In this document: positions 28,201 to 38,500 of the stretch, piece after piece
Numbering within the stretch: the first letter of the stretch is position 1
Layout: each line of letters begins with the position of its first letter
From: Bugula neritina
Lineage: Eukaryota > Animalia > Bryozoa
Length of the DNA stretch: 64,000 nt
NCBI GenBank assembly: GCA_964035545.1
Contig: OZ037771.1
Coordinates: 13,825,133-13,889,132 of the forward strand
Reading direction: 5' to 3'
The notes under the pieces: model-generated
The model's input: only the letters and a program-made list of their open reading frames with translations
What the model was told of the DNA's origin: nothing
Databases searched by the model: none
Program-made: the position numbers and the translations under genes

Positions 28201-29753
28201 TCAGCCACGATATGACCCTTTTGGTGACAGTACAGGCACTTTCGTGGTTCCTGGGCGCTTGCTGTGTTAGTCATGAATGATTTTGTATTTGGTCTTCTTT
28301 TCTCATTTCTTTCAGTGTTTTGCATCAACGGTAGAGAACACATTTCTGCTAAGTCATCCACAAATAAAGAGAACTCGGAAAATTTGGGGTATCGCATTTC
28401 TGTTTTTTGCAGGCGGTGCACCACGGCTACCCACTTTTTATGTGCCCAATCGGGTAGTACTCTTGCAAGTTTCTCATTAGTATGCTCATCATCAAGGCTA
28501 GTTAACCCTGATACTGAGCTCATAGCGTTTCTGCAGCTCTCCAAGTAATCTGCGTACTTCTGAAGGGCTTGGTGGTCATCTGTTGCAATCTTCTTCCAGT
28601 TATCTAGTGCGTTTTTCATTGATCGAGCTACGTCGAGTTTGTTACCATATCTTGAGGACAGCTTCTGACGTGCTTTGTAGTAGCTATGCTCTGTTCGTAT
28701 TAGAAAATGTCCGCTAATACATTCTTTTGCAGGGCCGTCTACATATTTCTTCAGGTATCTCAACCTTTCTGGTCCTTCCTCTATGCCCATGGATGTTAAG
28801 TAACTGTCAAAATCACATTCCCAATCATCAAACTCTAAAGTGTTGCCCTTGAAGATATCTGGTTCAATATCTGCTTTCCTTGTAAGTTTGATTCCCTGAG
28901 CAATCTTATTGGTGAGTTGGCGGATGGAATCATCACTTGACTGACTAGTTTTGAATGCGTGATTTGCTCGCTCATTGCCACTTAAGTATTGAAGATTGTC
29001 CCGGGGTTTGACATCAGTGTTTGGGGGTGTTGCGGGGGCAGACCACAAGTCTATCGGGTCAGTTCTGATCACGTGCACTTCTAAATTCTTCTCATCTCTC
29101 ACTGAGTTTCTGTTCAGTGGTGTGGATTCCGCGGCGGCCATTTGTAGTTGCCGGGCTTGTTCTTCTACCAGTTGAACCTTTTCCCTCTCAGCTAGATACT
29201 CTTCAAACTTGCGCTGCTCTTCTTCCAATAATTTCTGCTTACTTGCTAGCTCTTCCTGTTCCTTGCATTTCTCCTCTTGGATAGCCATACCTTGTCGTAT
29301 CTCTAGAATCTTTTCTGTAATTTTACCGACTTCCCCAATAAAAGACTCAAAGTGTTTTTCTATTTTTGTTTCCACTTTATTGTCAGATAATTGCAAAAGT
29401 TTAGCATAATCAGATGTAATAGACTCAGCTTTTGTTTCTATTTCAGCAACACAAGTATCAATAGTATCTAACATATAAGCATCATTACGGCATCTTTTAA
29501 AAATAACATCAACAGCACGAAGCTCTCTGTTTATAGCAGCATATAGTGAAAATGCCAGCTCATTTTTCTGGCTCTCTTTGCCAAGATTTGAAACTTTAAT
29601 TGTGCGTACAGGCCTTGTTTTGGTTGGCGCCACAATTTCACCTTTTGCATTGCTAGTACATGATTTGTTGCTAACTGGTTGTATTAGCGGAGCTGCTAGA
29701 TTCTTGTCGGAATAGTCATCTAGATCAAGCAGGCTAACATTTGCTTTGGCCAT
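25227..29753 (-). CDS. BEL/Pao Gag-Pol polyprotein (Gag, three zinc knuckles, aspartic protease, RT, RNase H), ending before integrase
   Basis: 1508-aa ORF. Zinc knuckles CLYCHQKGHIVAEC, CYICARPGHMATNC, CRKCKRPGHATCLH; protease YAFLDSASDHSYI; RT KLRVVFDC...DIQQMF...HLFGAKSSP...FYVDDG; Pao RNase H LHNFCDAS...PRLELMGA...WSDSEIVLGWI...NPADIASRG. Confidence 0.96.
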   Translation of the reverse strand: MAKANVSLLDLDDYSDKNLAAPLIQPVSNKSCTSNAKGEIVAPTKTRPVRTIKVSNLGKESQKNELAFSLYAAINRELRAVDVIFKRCRNDAYMLDTIDTCVAEIETKAESITSDYAKLLQLSDNKVETKIEKHFESFIGEVGKITEKILEIRQGMAIQEEKCKEQEELASKQKLLEEEQRKFEEYLAEREKVQLVEEQARQLQMAAAESTPLNRNSVRDEKNLEVHVIRTDPIDLWSAPATPPNTDVKPRDNLQYLSGNERANHAFKTSQSSDDSIRQLTNKIAQGIKLTRKADIEPDIFKGNTLEFDDWECDFDSYLTSMGIEEGPERLRYLKKYVDGPAKECISGHFLIRTEHSYYKARQKLSSRYGNKLDVARSMKNALDNWKKIATDDHQALQKYADYLESCRNAMSSVSGLTSLDDEHTNEKLARVLPDWAHKKWVAVVHRLQKTEMRYPKFSEFSLFVDDLAEMCSLPLMQNTERNEKRRPNTKSFMTNTASAQEPRKCLYCHQKGHIVAECFKLCEKPYSQRMKFVTSEMLCYICARPGHMATNCFYNDKQICRKCKRPGHATCLHKTKEDWNEENQGTEHKRPSKYASQQPSSGQQSSEQQMKKSDIQASPSNCSTTQTSNRITSAAEWPDSRSPPSAQDNKDQTKLSSKNTRTPTHNKIFNMGMPVYVSTTANPKAKILVYAFLDSASDHSYITKDLAKKLKPRQLGRKSVEVETMIGEVQKEEVNIFDDMLIKGYYGGEVALSSAYEWNEIPNSTGEFANHTNILQQPHLSHLASKLAPPMDIPVGLLIGANCTMASFPLEAVKGGGNMPYALRTELGWAVFGVAKSSHTKQKVHATCLTFDDNDDSCLLSQEDYKFIEILDSQTAISESGNYMMPLPFKERPTLPNNFQQAKRRLEGLEKRFMKDPELEADYKKFMNELLEQDLAEPVDDNSGANGERWYIPHFAVKHPQKNKLRVVFDCKASYQGTSLNDHLLQGPDHMNSLVGILCRFRRESIAISCDIQQMFYNFLVTSDDRDYLRFIWHDQHGQHQTFRMKVHLFGAKSSPGVATYGLRKIAQDHSSVSNAATMFINRDFYVDDGITSVASEGEAIALINAARDICSKGNLRLHKFASNSAEVLAALPESERSVQNKELMELLPEQRTLGLQWAMESDTLKFINQIQNRQNTRRGILSTVSQLYDPLGFLAPYTLLEKNILQQVNKANLDWDDPIPDTLADKWSRWIDQLPALEQISIPRCLKPKNYGEVVRRELHNFCDASEDGIGACSYIRQINNKGNVQVSFLIGKSRVIPSKGLFTMPRLELMGAVMATHLSKMLHKELDMKFDAEYFWSDSEIVLGWIANTTKKYHSFVHNRVRAITSTTEEKQWYHVPGPLNPADIASRGKPCDQLSNTSWFSGPGFLKEPTITLLNQEQNFISNLDPQDPEIKKAKVMQTAIRPTGIIDKFLKFSTWSKLVRSITVIRSIHRNEKKTWCVKPCSAESLHEAETRIKAKAKAKIKL

Positions 29754-30345
29754 TTGAATAATTTTGATTACAGCAAAAACTTACAAATACCATTCGCTAT
29801 AAAACTAATGCGCTGCTATGTGCAATAAATTGGCAGTAGATCAGGCCGTAAATATAACCTCAACCTCACTTGATTGTTTGTTTTGATAATTAATTACGTG
29901 CTAGGTTAGCAAGCCTGACAACTGCAGCTGGGTTTTTGCCACACAACTGGGTCAATCCCACAATGGACCAATGGAAGCTAATGAACAATTCAAACCACCA
30001 ATAGGATGCAGGAACACTTATCATTACCTCCACCCACACTAATTAGTGCTGCTTTGTTGGAAGCACTGATTCCTAATTAGCTTTACAAACACAAAAAACT
30101 TTTTAAAAGTTCAAATAATACCAGAAATAGTAAATATTCTAGATATTTTCATGAAGAGATAAAATTCACTGTTACAATACTCCTCATATAATTAAAATTG
30201 CAATTTGCACAGAAATTAATATAAAGTTAAAGCTTTTGTGGTAAATATGTCATTAAAATGCACAGATGTACTTATCTTCTAGTACCCTCCTGTACTATTA
30301 TAGCTTTATTGAGCTTCAGGAGTTGTCCCTTCAGATGATTGTTTT

Positions 30346-30594
30346 AGGTGTGGCTCTACGGGGCGTCACAAGGTGTCTCTTTCTGGACTTTATTTCAGGT
30401 GTGGCTCTACGGGGCGTCACAAGGTGTCTCTTTCTGGACTTTATTTCAGGTGTGGCTCTACGGGGCGTCACAAGGTGTCTCTTTCTGGACTATATTTCAG
30501 GTGTGGCTCTACGGGCGTCACAAGGTGTCTCTTTCTGGACTATATTTCAGATGTGGCTCTACGGGGCGTCACAAGGTGTCTCTTTCTGGACTTT
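30346..30594. repeat. 51-bp tandem repeat (about 4.9 copies) in the retrotransposon 5' leader
   Basis: Unit AGGTGTGGCTCTACGGGGCGTCACAAGGTGTCTCTTTCTGGACTTTATTTC at 30346, 30397, 30448, 30499 (1-bp deletion) and 30549. Confidence 0.95.
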
Positions 30595-30608
30595 GTTAAA
30601 GATTTCAC

Positions 30609-31420
30609 TGTAGCAGTTTTGTTAGGTCTGCTAGTAACCGCAAGCTTATCAGAGTAGGTTTAGGAATTCAACTGATGTCTTGTGAGTGTAGTTATTAGTA
30701 TTTTATTCCAACTTATAACACTTTTGCTCACAAAGCTACACCGTGAAATCTAAATAAAATACACACAATATAAGGCTAAATAAAGTACAAGAAAATAAGA
30801 ACTGTAAGGAAATAACACACATAAAAATGATTAAAGTAAGCAAAATATTACTGCATAATAATTCATTAAAAATAATGTCAGCTATAAAACACTTCATATA
30901 ATATAAGCTAAATGTATCGATATTACAGCATTAAGACAATAAATGATAGAAAAATTAATAGCAGACAAACCTTTAGCACTTCTCTGATAACTTGATAATA
31001 CAGCTTCTGCTCTTAGGTTTCAATAGATAGTAATATATATCTTGTTTAATGTAAAATTATAAGTAGTATAACTTGCTCTTTGGCTCTACTAATTGAAACT
31101 GATCAGGATAACCAATGCTTTCCAACAGCAGCAGAATAATACACAAACAACAAATAAACAAAATGATGTGTTCCAGATCCCATTGGTCACCCAAATTGCA
31201 CCACCAGCCCCAAGTAATTCCAAATAAGGGAACAGAAATATTCTGGCAGATTTGTTGTCTTAGGCTTTTGCAATACACTTGATTCATTGATTGTGGCTTT
31301 TGCTGCGCAGTTGTAGGAATTTATTGTTTTGTTTAGGGGCTATTAATATGCTATTATGATGGACTATGACACACGCACACACACAGTGTGCATGTAAACA
31401 TGCTGCCAGCTACTGCTACA
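30609..31420 (-). repeat. 5' LTR (812 bp)
   Basis: Direct repeat of 24380-25191, upstream of gag on the minus strand. Confidence 0.97.
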
Positions 31421-32581
31421 AGTATGCTTTATATGACATGAATATATAGCTAAGTCTTTATTTTGTTATACAATATTTTCCATGGGTGGAATTAATAAAT
31501 AATAAATAATTGAGTAAATTTTTGTAAAAGTGAAAATATCACAGCCCACTCCTTCACAATATTTACTAAAGTAAATTTAAATAATGGGTTAGTTCAAGCC
31601 AAGCAGCTCGATTGATTCTAGGAGTTATGACTCTTGTATAATTAGTTGGACTTTATATAGCTATAATGAATGGCTCATATAGCTTCTATATTAATCTACC
31701 GTGACCGCTCAGTTTTGGTTTACAATAAATTTTTTTCTCTGCCGACAAAACCACAGGAAAATAATTTACAGTAAATTGCATAGCATTTATGCAAAGTTCA
31801 TTATATAATGGTAGAGAACTTATAGATTAATATTTTTGAAAGAAAATAGTATATAATATTATGTATAGTCAAACTCAATTTTGTTCCTAAAATACTATTT
31901 GAAAGGAATACTTAGAGATGTTTGCAAGATCAACTGCATGTGAATGTTTAATGTATATATATGTTAATACTTCAAAAACTTTATGTGTTGTATATAAGCT
32001 ATAGTTTGTTAGAATATAAAGCAAGTTTCAGTTCAACCTATGTATTGCTAATCCAAACTTCTTTTAAGTATTAGTAACTTTAAAACTTGCGTCTGCTATC
32101 CTAGAGTGTCTTTTTCATAGTTTGATGTTGCAGCAACTGACAAATCTGCAGAGATTTTTCTATATAAATTAAACTTCATTACATAATATTTATGACAATA
32201 ACTCAACAACTCTCTGCAGGTCTTGCATTGCATGGTTTGTGAGTTTCAGCTTCAAGCTTTCTTCAATTTTACAGAATATTGTAGTATATTGGTGGGTGGG
32301 AATTCCCAGTTGATAGAACTTATGCTAAATGGAAGATAAAACCTAAGATCTGCACGCTGAGTCATTTATCAGTTTGTAATGACTAATCAATAGTTTTGCG
32401 AAAGTTAAGTAGAAATTAAGTTTTATATTTTTTTCATAGATACTGGAAAAATATAAACAGCTCTAACTAATTTGAGCATTCAATTATATTAAATTATATA
32501 ATAATATTTTCAACTAAATTTATACAATTAAATTACACTGTGATTGTCTGTGAAAGGTGTATGGGCACAATGTTCAAGAGG

Positions 32582-35500
32582 TCACAGGGTCAAACAAGAA
32601 CAGTATCTTATGATGTCCTTGTCAACAGAGCAACTCTTGGCTTTAGGTTTATTAAGACGTACAATCTCGGAGACCATACTATACGACTGACTAAACACCG
32701 TGTCCTTGAGCTCTAACGTCACTTCGTAAAGATCACTGACGTCTGAGACAGAGCTCGTTGCGCTAAACGTCACTTGATAGTAGTTCTGGTCTAGTTTTGT
32801 TTCAGCTGTGAACTTCTCGTTCTTTAGCGCTTCATATTCGGCAATCTAAAACACAAATGATACAAGCCTGCTGATTGGGTAGGGCTTAGTTTATTATACT
32901 AGGGCTGAACCAATTCTCAGTGATTGGAATAACTTTTTGCAACTATTCCAACAATTTTTAGTTTAGTAGTTGATGTAAATCAAATTTCTACAACAAATGT
33001 TACTATTTATAGAATATATGCACATTGAAATATGTTACTATATTATATAGAATATATGCATATTGCAATGTGTTACTATTTATAGAATATATACATATTG
33101 AAATATGTTACTATATATAGAATATATGTACATTGCAATGTGTAACTATATATAGAAGTTATAGGCACCTGTTCATTGGGCACAACTCTGTATATACTGA
33201 GTAGAGAGATGGTTGTATAGGCAGCACAATGATCTCTATGACTAGAGGTCATCTCATTAAGTTTGGTCAGCACTTTCTCCTTGACCTTTGACCTATCTAT
33301 TTCTCCATCAACTATCTCAAACCTGGTGTGACACGCACACCAATGTATGTCCACACCTGCAGGTAGAAACAGAGTTTACTTTCAGAGAGCTGCAGTTATG
33401 AGTGAGTAACAGCAATGAACGACTTTTGATTTGAAAAGTAGTTTGGAGTTGTCTCATCTATTAATCAATCGCGCCAAACCAGTGGAATAGTTCTGGAATT
33501 TGGACCAATTATAATATAGGTCATTGCCATAACTAGCATAACTTTCAAATATATAATTAACTTGCACACCTGATATACATGCATCATGTAGATGTATATA
33601 ATATAAACACACAGCTTAGATAGAAACAAACTAACGTTTTTGCCACTATAGCTTTGGAAAGTTAAAAGTTGAAGTAATAAAATAGTGGTCTTAAACAACT
33701 ATAGCAAATATTTAGTATGAAACTATGAGTAGAATGCATTCTATAAACATTATAATTAGTTTAGAACAATGAGCTCTACTAAACACAAAACTACAAGAAA
33801 AGTAATAGCCTGAGTGACAGTCTGGCATCTGTGTTTGGTTTACCTGCAGATTCACAAGTTCGATCAACTGGAATGGGCCGGAATAAACTCTGTCCAAACT
33901 TTCCTTTATCTCTTGGGTCTGAGAAGCTCAGCCTTGGTCTAAATTAATATCAAGATACACTTAATAAGAAATTCTACACCTGAGGTAGCTGTATGATACA
34001 CCTGAGGTAGCTGTATGATACACCTGAGGTAGCAGTATGATACATCTGAGGTAGCAGTATGATACACCTGAGCTAGTAGTATGATACACCTGAGGTAGCA
34101 GTATGATACACCTGAGATAGTAGTATAATACACCTGAGGTAGCAGTATGATACACCTGAGGTAGCAGTATGATACACCTGAGGTAGCAGTATGATACACC
34201 TGAGGTAGTAGTATGATACACCTGAGGTAGCAGTATGATACACCTGAGGTAGCAGTATGATACACCTGAGGTAGCAGTATAATAACACAATCTAGTAACT
34301 CATACAATTACTACATGGCAGCATGTGATGACAGTGAGTCACTGTGACTCACTCCTAAATGCCCAGAGCAAGATAGTGAAGTCAGATTTAAATAGAACTA
34401 AGCATTGGTACTGCTAATTCAGCATTAAAATACTCTGTTTTGAGTTTGCAATTTTGAAATTAGTTGATGTTCTTTAAAAAAAAACAAAGCATTTGATTTG
34501 CGTAATTTTCACATTTATAAAAAGGAAGTATAAATGCTACATACTCTAAAGTCTCTAATCAAACTGTTCCTTAACTATTAATAATTTAGGTCATAACTTA
34601 CATATCAATGATGTCTTTCAGTGTGTGGTGTATATCGTAGGGTGTGACTAGTTTGTCTTCGTTAGAGATCAGTGCATGTGCCAGGTCCGAGTGGTCGTTG
34701 AAGAAGGATTGAGGTAAGTAGATGGACATGAGAGGCATCCGGGCTTGAACTTTGACCTGCCAGCTGGTTGCAGTCTGCATGTCATACAGTAAGTATTATA
34801 GTAGAAGTAAGTATAATAGTAGTATAGGTAAGTATATTAGTAAAAGCATTATAGTAGAAGTAAGTATTATAGTAGAAGTAAGTATAATAGTAGTATAGGT
34901 AAGTATATTAGTAAAAGCATTATAGTAGAAGTAAGTATAATAGTAGAAGTAAGTATAATAGTAGTATAGGTAAGTATATTAGTAAAAGCATTATAGTAGA
35001 AGTAAGTATAATAGTAGAAGTAAGTATAATAGTAGTATAGGTAAGTATATTAGTAAAAGCATTATAGTAGAAGCAAGTATTATAGTAGAAGTAAGTATAA
35101 TAGTAGTATAGGTAAGTATATTAGTAAAAGCATTATAGTAGAAGTAAGTATAATAGTAGAAGTAAGTATAATAGTAGTATAGGTAGGTATATTAGTAAAA
35201 GCATTATAGTAGAAGTAAGTATTATAGTAGAAGTAAGTATAATAGTAGTATAGGTAAGTATATTAGTAAAAGCATTATAGTAGAAGTAAGTATTATAGTA
35301 GTATAGGTAAGTATATTAGTATATTAGTATATGTATAGGTAAGTATATTAGTAGAAGCTTTATAGTAGAAGTAAGTATATTAGTAGAAGTAAGTATAATA
35401 GTATAAGTAAATATTATAGTATAGGTAAGTATTATAGTATGAGTTATATAAGCATACTACAAGTAAATATGTAAATATTATAATGTAATTTACTTATTGT

Positions 35501-38500
35501 ATGATACTGCATATAAATGTGGTACTTCAATAACAATTCTGTTACCAACAAAATTTACAACTCATTGTCTAAATATGACAATTGTTAATTGAGATAATAT
35601 GTATAGAATACAGTGTAAGTACAGGTTGAGCAATATATTGAATAATGTAAAATGATATCAAGTTGATAATGGTTAATTTTATATATTTAGGCACTTCTGT
35701 TTCAAAAGCCACAATTATTTCCGGCATGTATTAAACACCACTGTCTTCGAATTAATTTGGCTTGATGTATTCAGAACCATGGAGTTATATTTGGGTATGT
35801 TTTTTGAAGCTACCCTTGCCTCAGCTACTTAATGTACTTGATTCCAGCAAGATTTCAGCTGTTTCACACTATTCACTCACAGAAATAACAATTGCTATCT
35901 GAAACCCAATGGGAATATCATATAATGCCGATCGGCAGAATTTTTCTTACGATATTACACACAAATCAGATTTTATCGTAATCTTCAGTAGATTTGACAT
36001 ATATAGGAAACATATATGTATCTACTTGATATTTTGAACAATATGAATAATAAAAAATGTATGATCCCAACATATTATATTGAAAAATTGCATTTTTCCG
36101 ATTTTCGTACGCGTACCATTTTTCCGTGCGATTTACTTCAAGTTTGGACAATATAAGGACGTCCAAATTTATGAATCTACAAAATACACTAAATAACGTT
36201 ACAGAAAATACATCGGGTCACATCCTTGTGAAGTTGGGCGAATTTTCACATTTTCTTGACTTTGGGTGTCTATATCTCGGAAAATATTATTTCAAAAATT
36301 ACACGAATTAAGGAGTATAAAGTAACCATAATCAACTATTTATGGATAAAAATTTGTGAAAGTAAAATAAAAACTAACGCCTTTTGTGATGTGGCAAATA
36401 TTTGAAATTTGTCAAAATTCATAAAAAATTGCCAATATTCAATGGCTTAGCATATATGCACACAAAGTATTCTGCAGTATGTGTTACTATTAGTGTAAAT
36501 TGATAGGTGTTATCAAATCACACACCAAATTTTAAGGCTCAGTCTAGAAAAATAATGGAGATATGGACGTTTACAAATTGGTCTAAAAGTAAAAATCGCA
36601 AATTTTCCTCAAAATTTTTCCCAACCTTTGTTCATGGAAATAGTCATTTCTCAAAAAGTTTTTGTGTCAGACCAGAAAAATTCAAGAATAGTACTCAGGA
36701 CATGTGTAGGTCCATTTGGTGTAAATATGAACAAAATCCGAGACGCAAAGGCGTGGGACTTTCTGAAATTTGGTTGATTTGACACGGAATGACCCTTCTG
36801 CATGTCATCAAATACAGAAGTATGATAAAACTATAACTATATAGTTTCACTGGTGAAGTTCAAAGTTGAAATCACTACCTGCAGTGTGCTATAAAAGCTT
36901 CTTTATTAGATTAGGGTATCATCTTTCTCAGATGCAGCATTATTTATAGAAAGACAGCACAAGCAACAGCTAATGGGATTAGAATAAACGACAAATGGCT
37001 GAACAGCTATAAAGGGGAATCGACCAATCAAAAGTATTGGAAATAATATAATAATAAAATGGCCTAGAGGCAGCATTATTTAAAAGCTGCACATTACTGG
37101 CAGCAGATGTAAAAGAGAGAAGATGCTAAGTAACAACAGTGTAGATATGAGGGTGATGAGAGTCGCTAGTGTTAGTTTACTTATCAGCATTTTCAGCATT
37201 GGCCTAGGTAAGTTAATGGTAGATGTACTCGTACTCTTAGTGTAAGTTTATGTTGTGACACTAGAAGTAAGTTGCATATTATTCCTGCAGGTAGGTGTGT
37301 AATTTGTGATTACTAATACTTTCTTGAATGCTTGATTTATAATGGGATACAAATTTTGAAATAAAACTTTTTTTACCACAAAAACAAGAGGAAATAATAT
37401 TAAGATACAGTTTTAATTTTATAGTAGATGTGGGACGCTTGTAAAATTGTTATTTTGTAAATATTTTCATCTCTTAATATTAGATCTTGTGGTGATAAGT
37501 AAGTGACTATCAAACCGCTGTAGTAACTCTTCAATACAGCTTGGAGATGGATTATTATTATAGAAGTAGTATCGATCATCCTTAATTGTAACAGAAATGA
37601 AACAAACTACTTAATTCTCAAAGTTGTTTTGAGTTATTGCTCATAATCATACCAATTAAAATATTTCTTATAAAAATTCTGCCCTCACTGGGATTTGAAC
37701 CCGAGACCTCCGGCTTGCAAGCTAACGCACTATAACCATTACACCACCAGACCACTGGGTAAACTGGTTACTACTTTTTTGTATGAATTAAGATATTTTC
37801 CTATTATAACCATTAGTAAAATACCTAATGATAATAATTAGGACGCAAGGATTTTTGCTCCCATATATTTCATTGCATATATTTAGTACACGACACTCTG
37901 TATTTTGTTGCATATATTTATATTATAGTAGACAGTCTGGAGTGCTGGCAATGTGATACTTTTGACGACAGCGGAGGATGCAATAAGCTCAACAAGACAG
38001 CGAGTCAATGCAAGAGTTACGAAGATGCCTGCATCAAGATAATTACTGAATTCGAGTCTCCACACAGTGGGCCAAGAAACAGGACAGCCGAGAAAGAACA
38101 GAAAAGTAGGGGAAGATAACTCTTAAAATGCTGATTTAGTTGCTTGGCTCTTGGTTTTCCGAGCTCGAATATTCTTCTAATTTTTAATTAAGACTGGGTT
38201 AAATTGCTGTGCATTAACATAAGTTTCATGATAAAATAGAGAAAACTAATGCAATTGGTATGCTTAATACACTTTAAAAGTATATGCTTATTGCATCAGC
38301 AGTGTGCTTATTATAATACCAAAAGTGAGTTGAATTAACAATGTATTTATTAAACACTTACACCCTTACATCATCAGTAATTTATTAATGTTTATGTTGT
38401 TTATAACTTTATATCGGAAATATTGAATGATTCTCCAGTCAGTTAATCATACTAGAATTGTAAAAAAGTATTTTCAAAATAGTAAAGAATGTGAAGCAAA

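Larger units (their letters stand above)
24380..31420 (-). mobile_element. BEL/Pao LTR retrotransposon with two LTRs but no integrase
   Basis: 812-bp direct repeats with TG...CA ends and 9-bp terminal inverted repeats (TGTAGCAGT/ACTGCTACA). 5-bp target-site duplication AGTAT at 24375-24379 and 31421-31425. Purine tract AGGTGGGAG (minus strand, 25192-25200) abuts the 3' LTR. Single gag-pol ORF. Confidence 0.97.

Noticed and set aside
25137-29409. Plus-strand and alternative-frame ORFs overlapping gag-pol
   Set aside because: Short shadow ORFs of a long coding sequence with no recognisable motifs.
30346-30594. 51-bp repeats as a CRISPR array, or the overlapping ORFs at 30266-30657 as genes
   Set aside because: Head-to-tail units with no unique spacers, no cas genes, eukaryotic context, and located inside an LTR element leader. 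The ORFs are just translations of the repeat.
33939-34307. Overlapping repeat ORFs (CIILLPQVYHTATSG...)
   Set aside because: Translations of a 22-bp intronic minisatellite.
35966-36782. Short ORFs in the putative DNA transposon as transposase remnants
   Set aside because: No DDE or other recognisable transposase motif.
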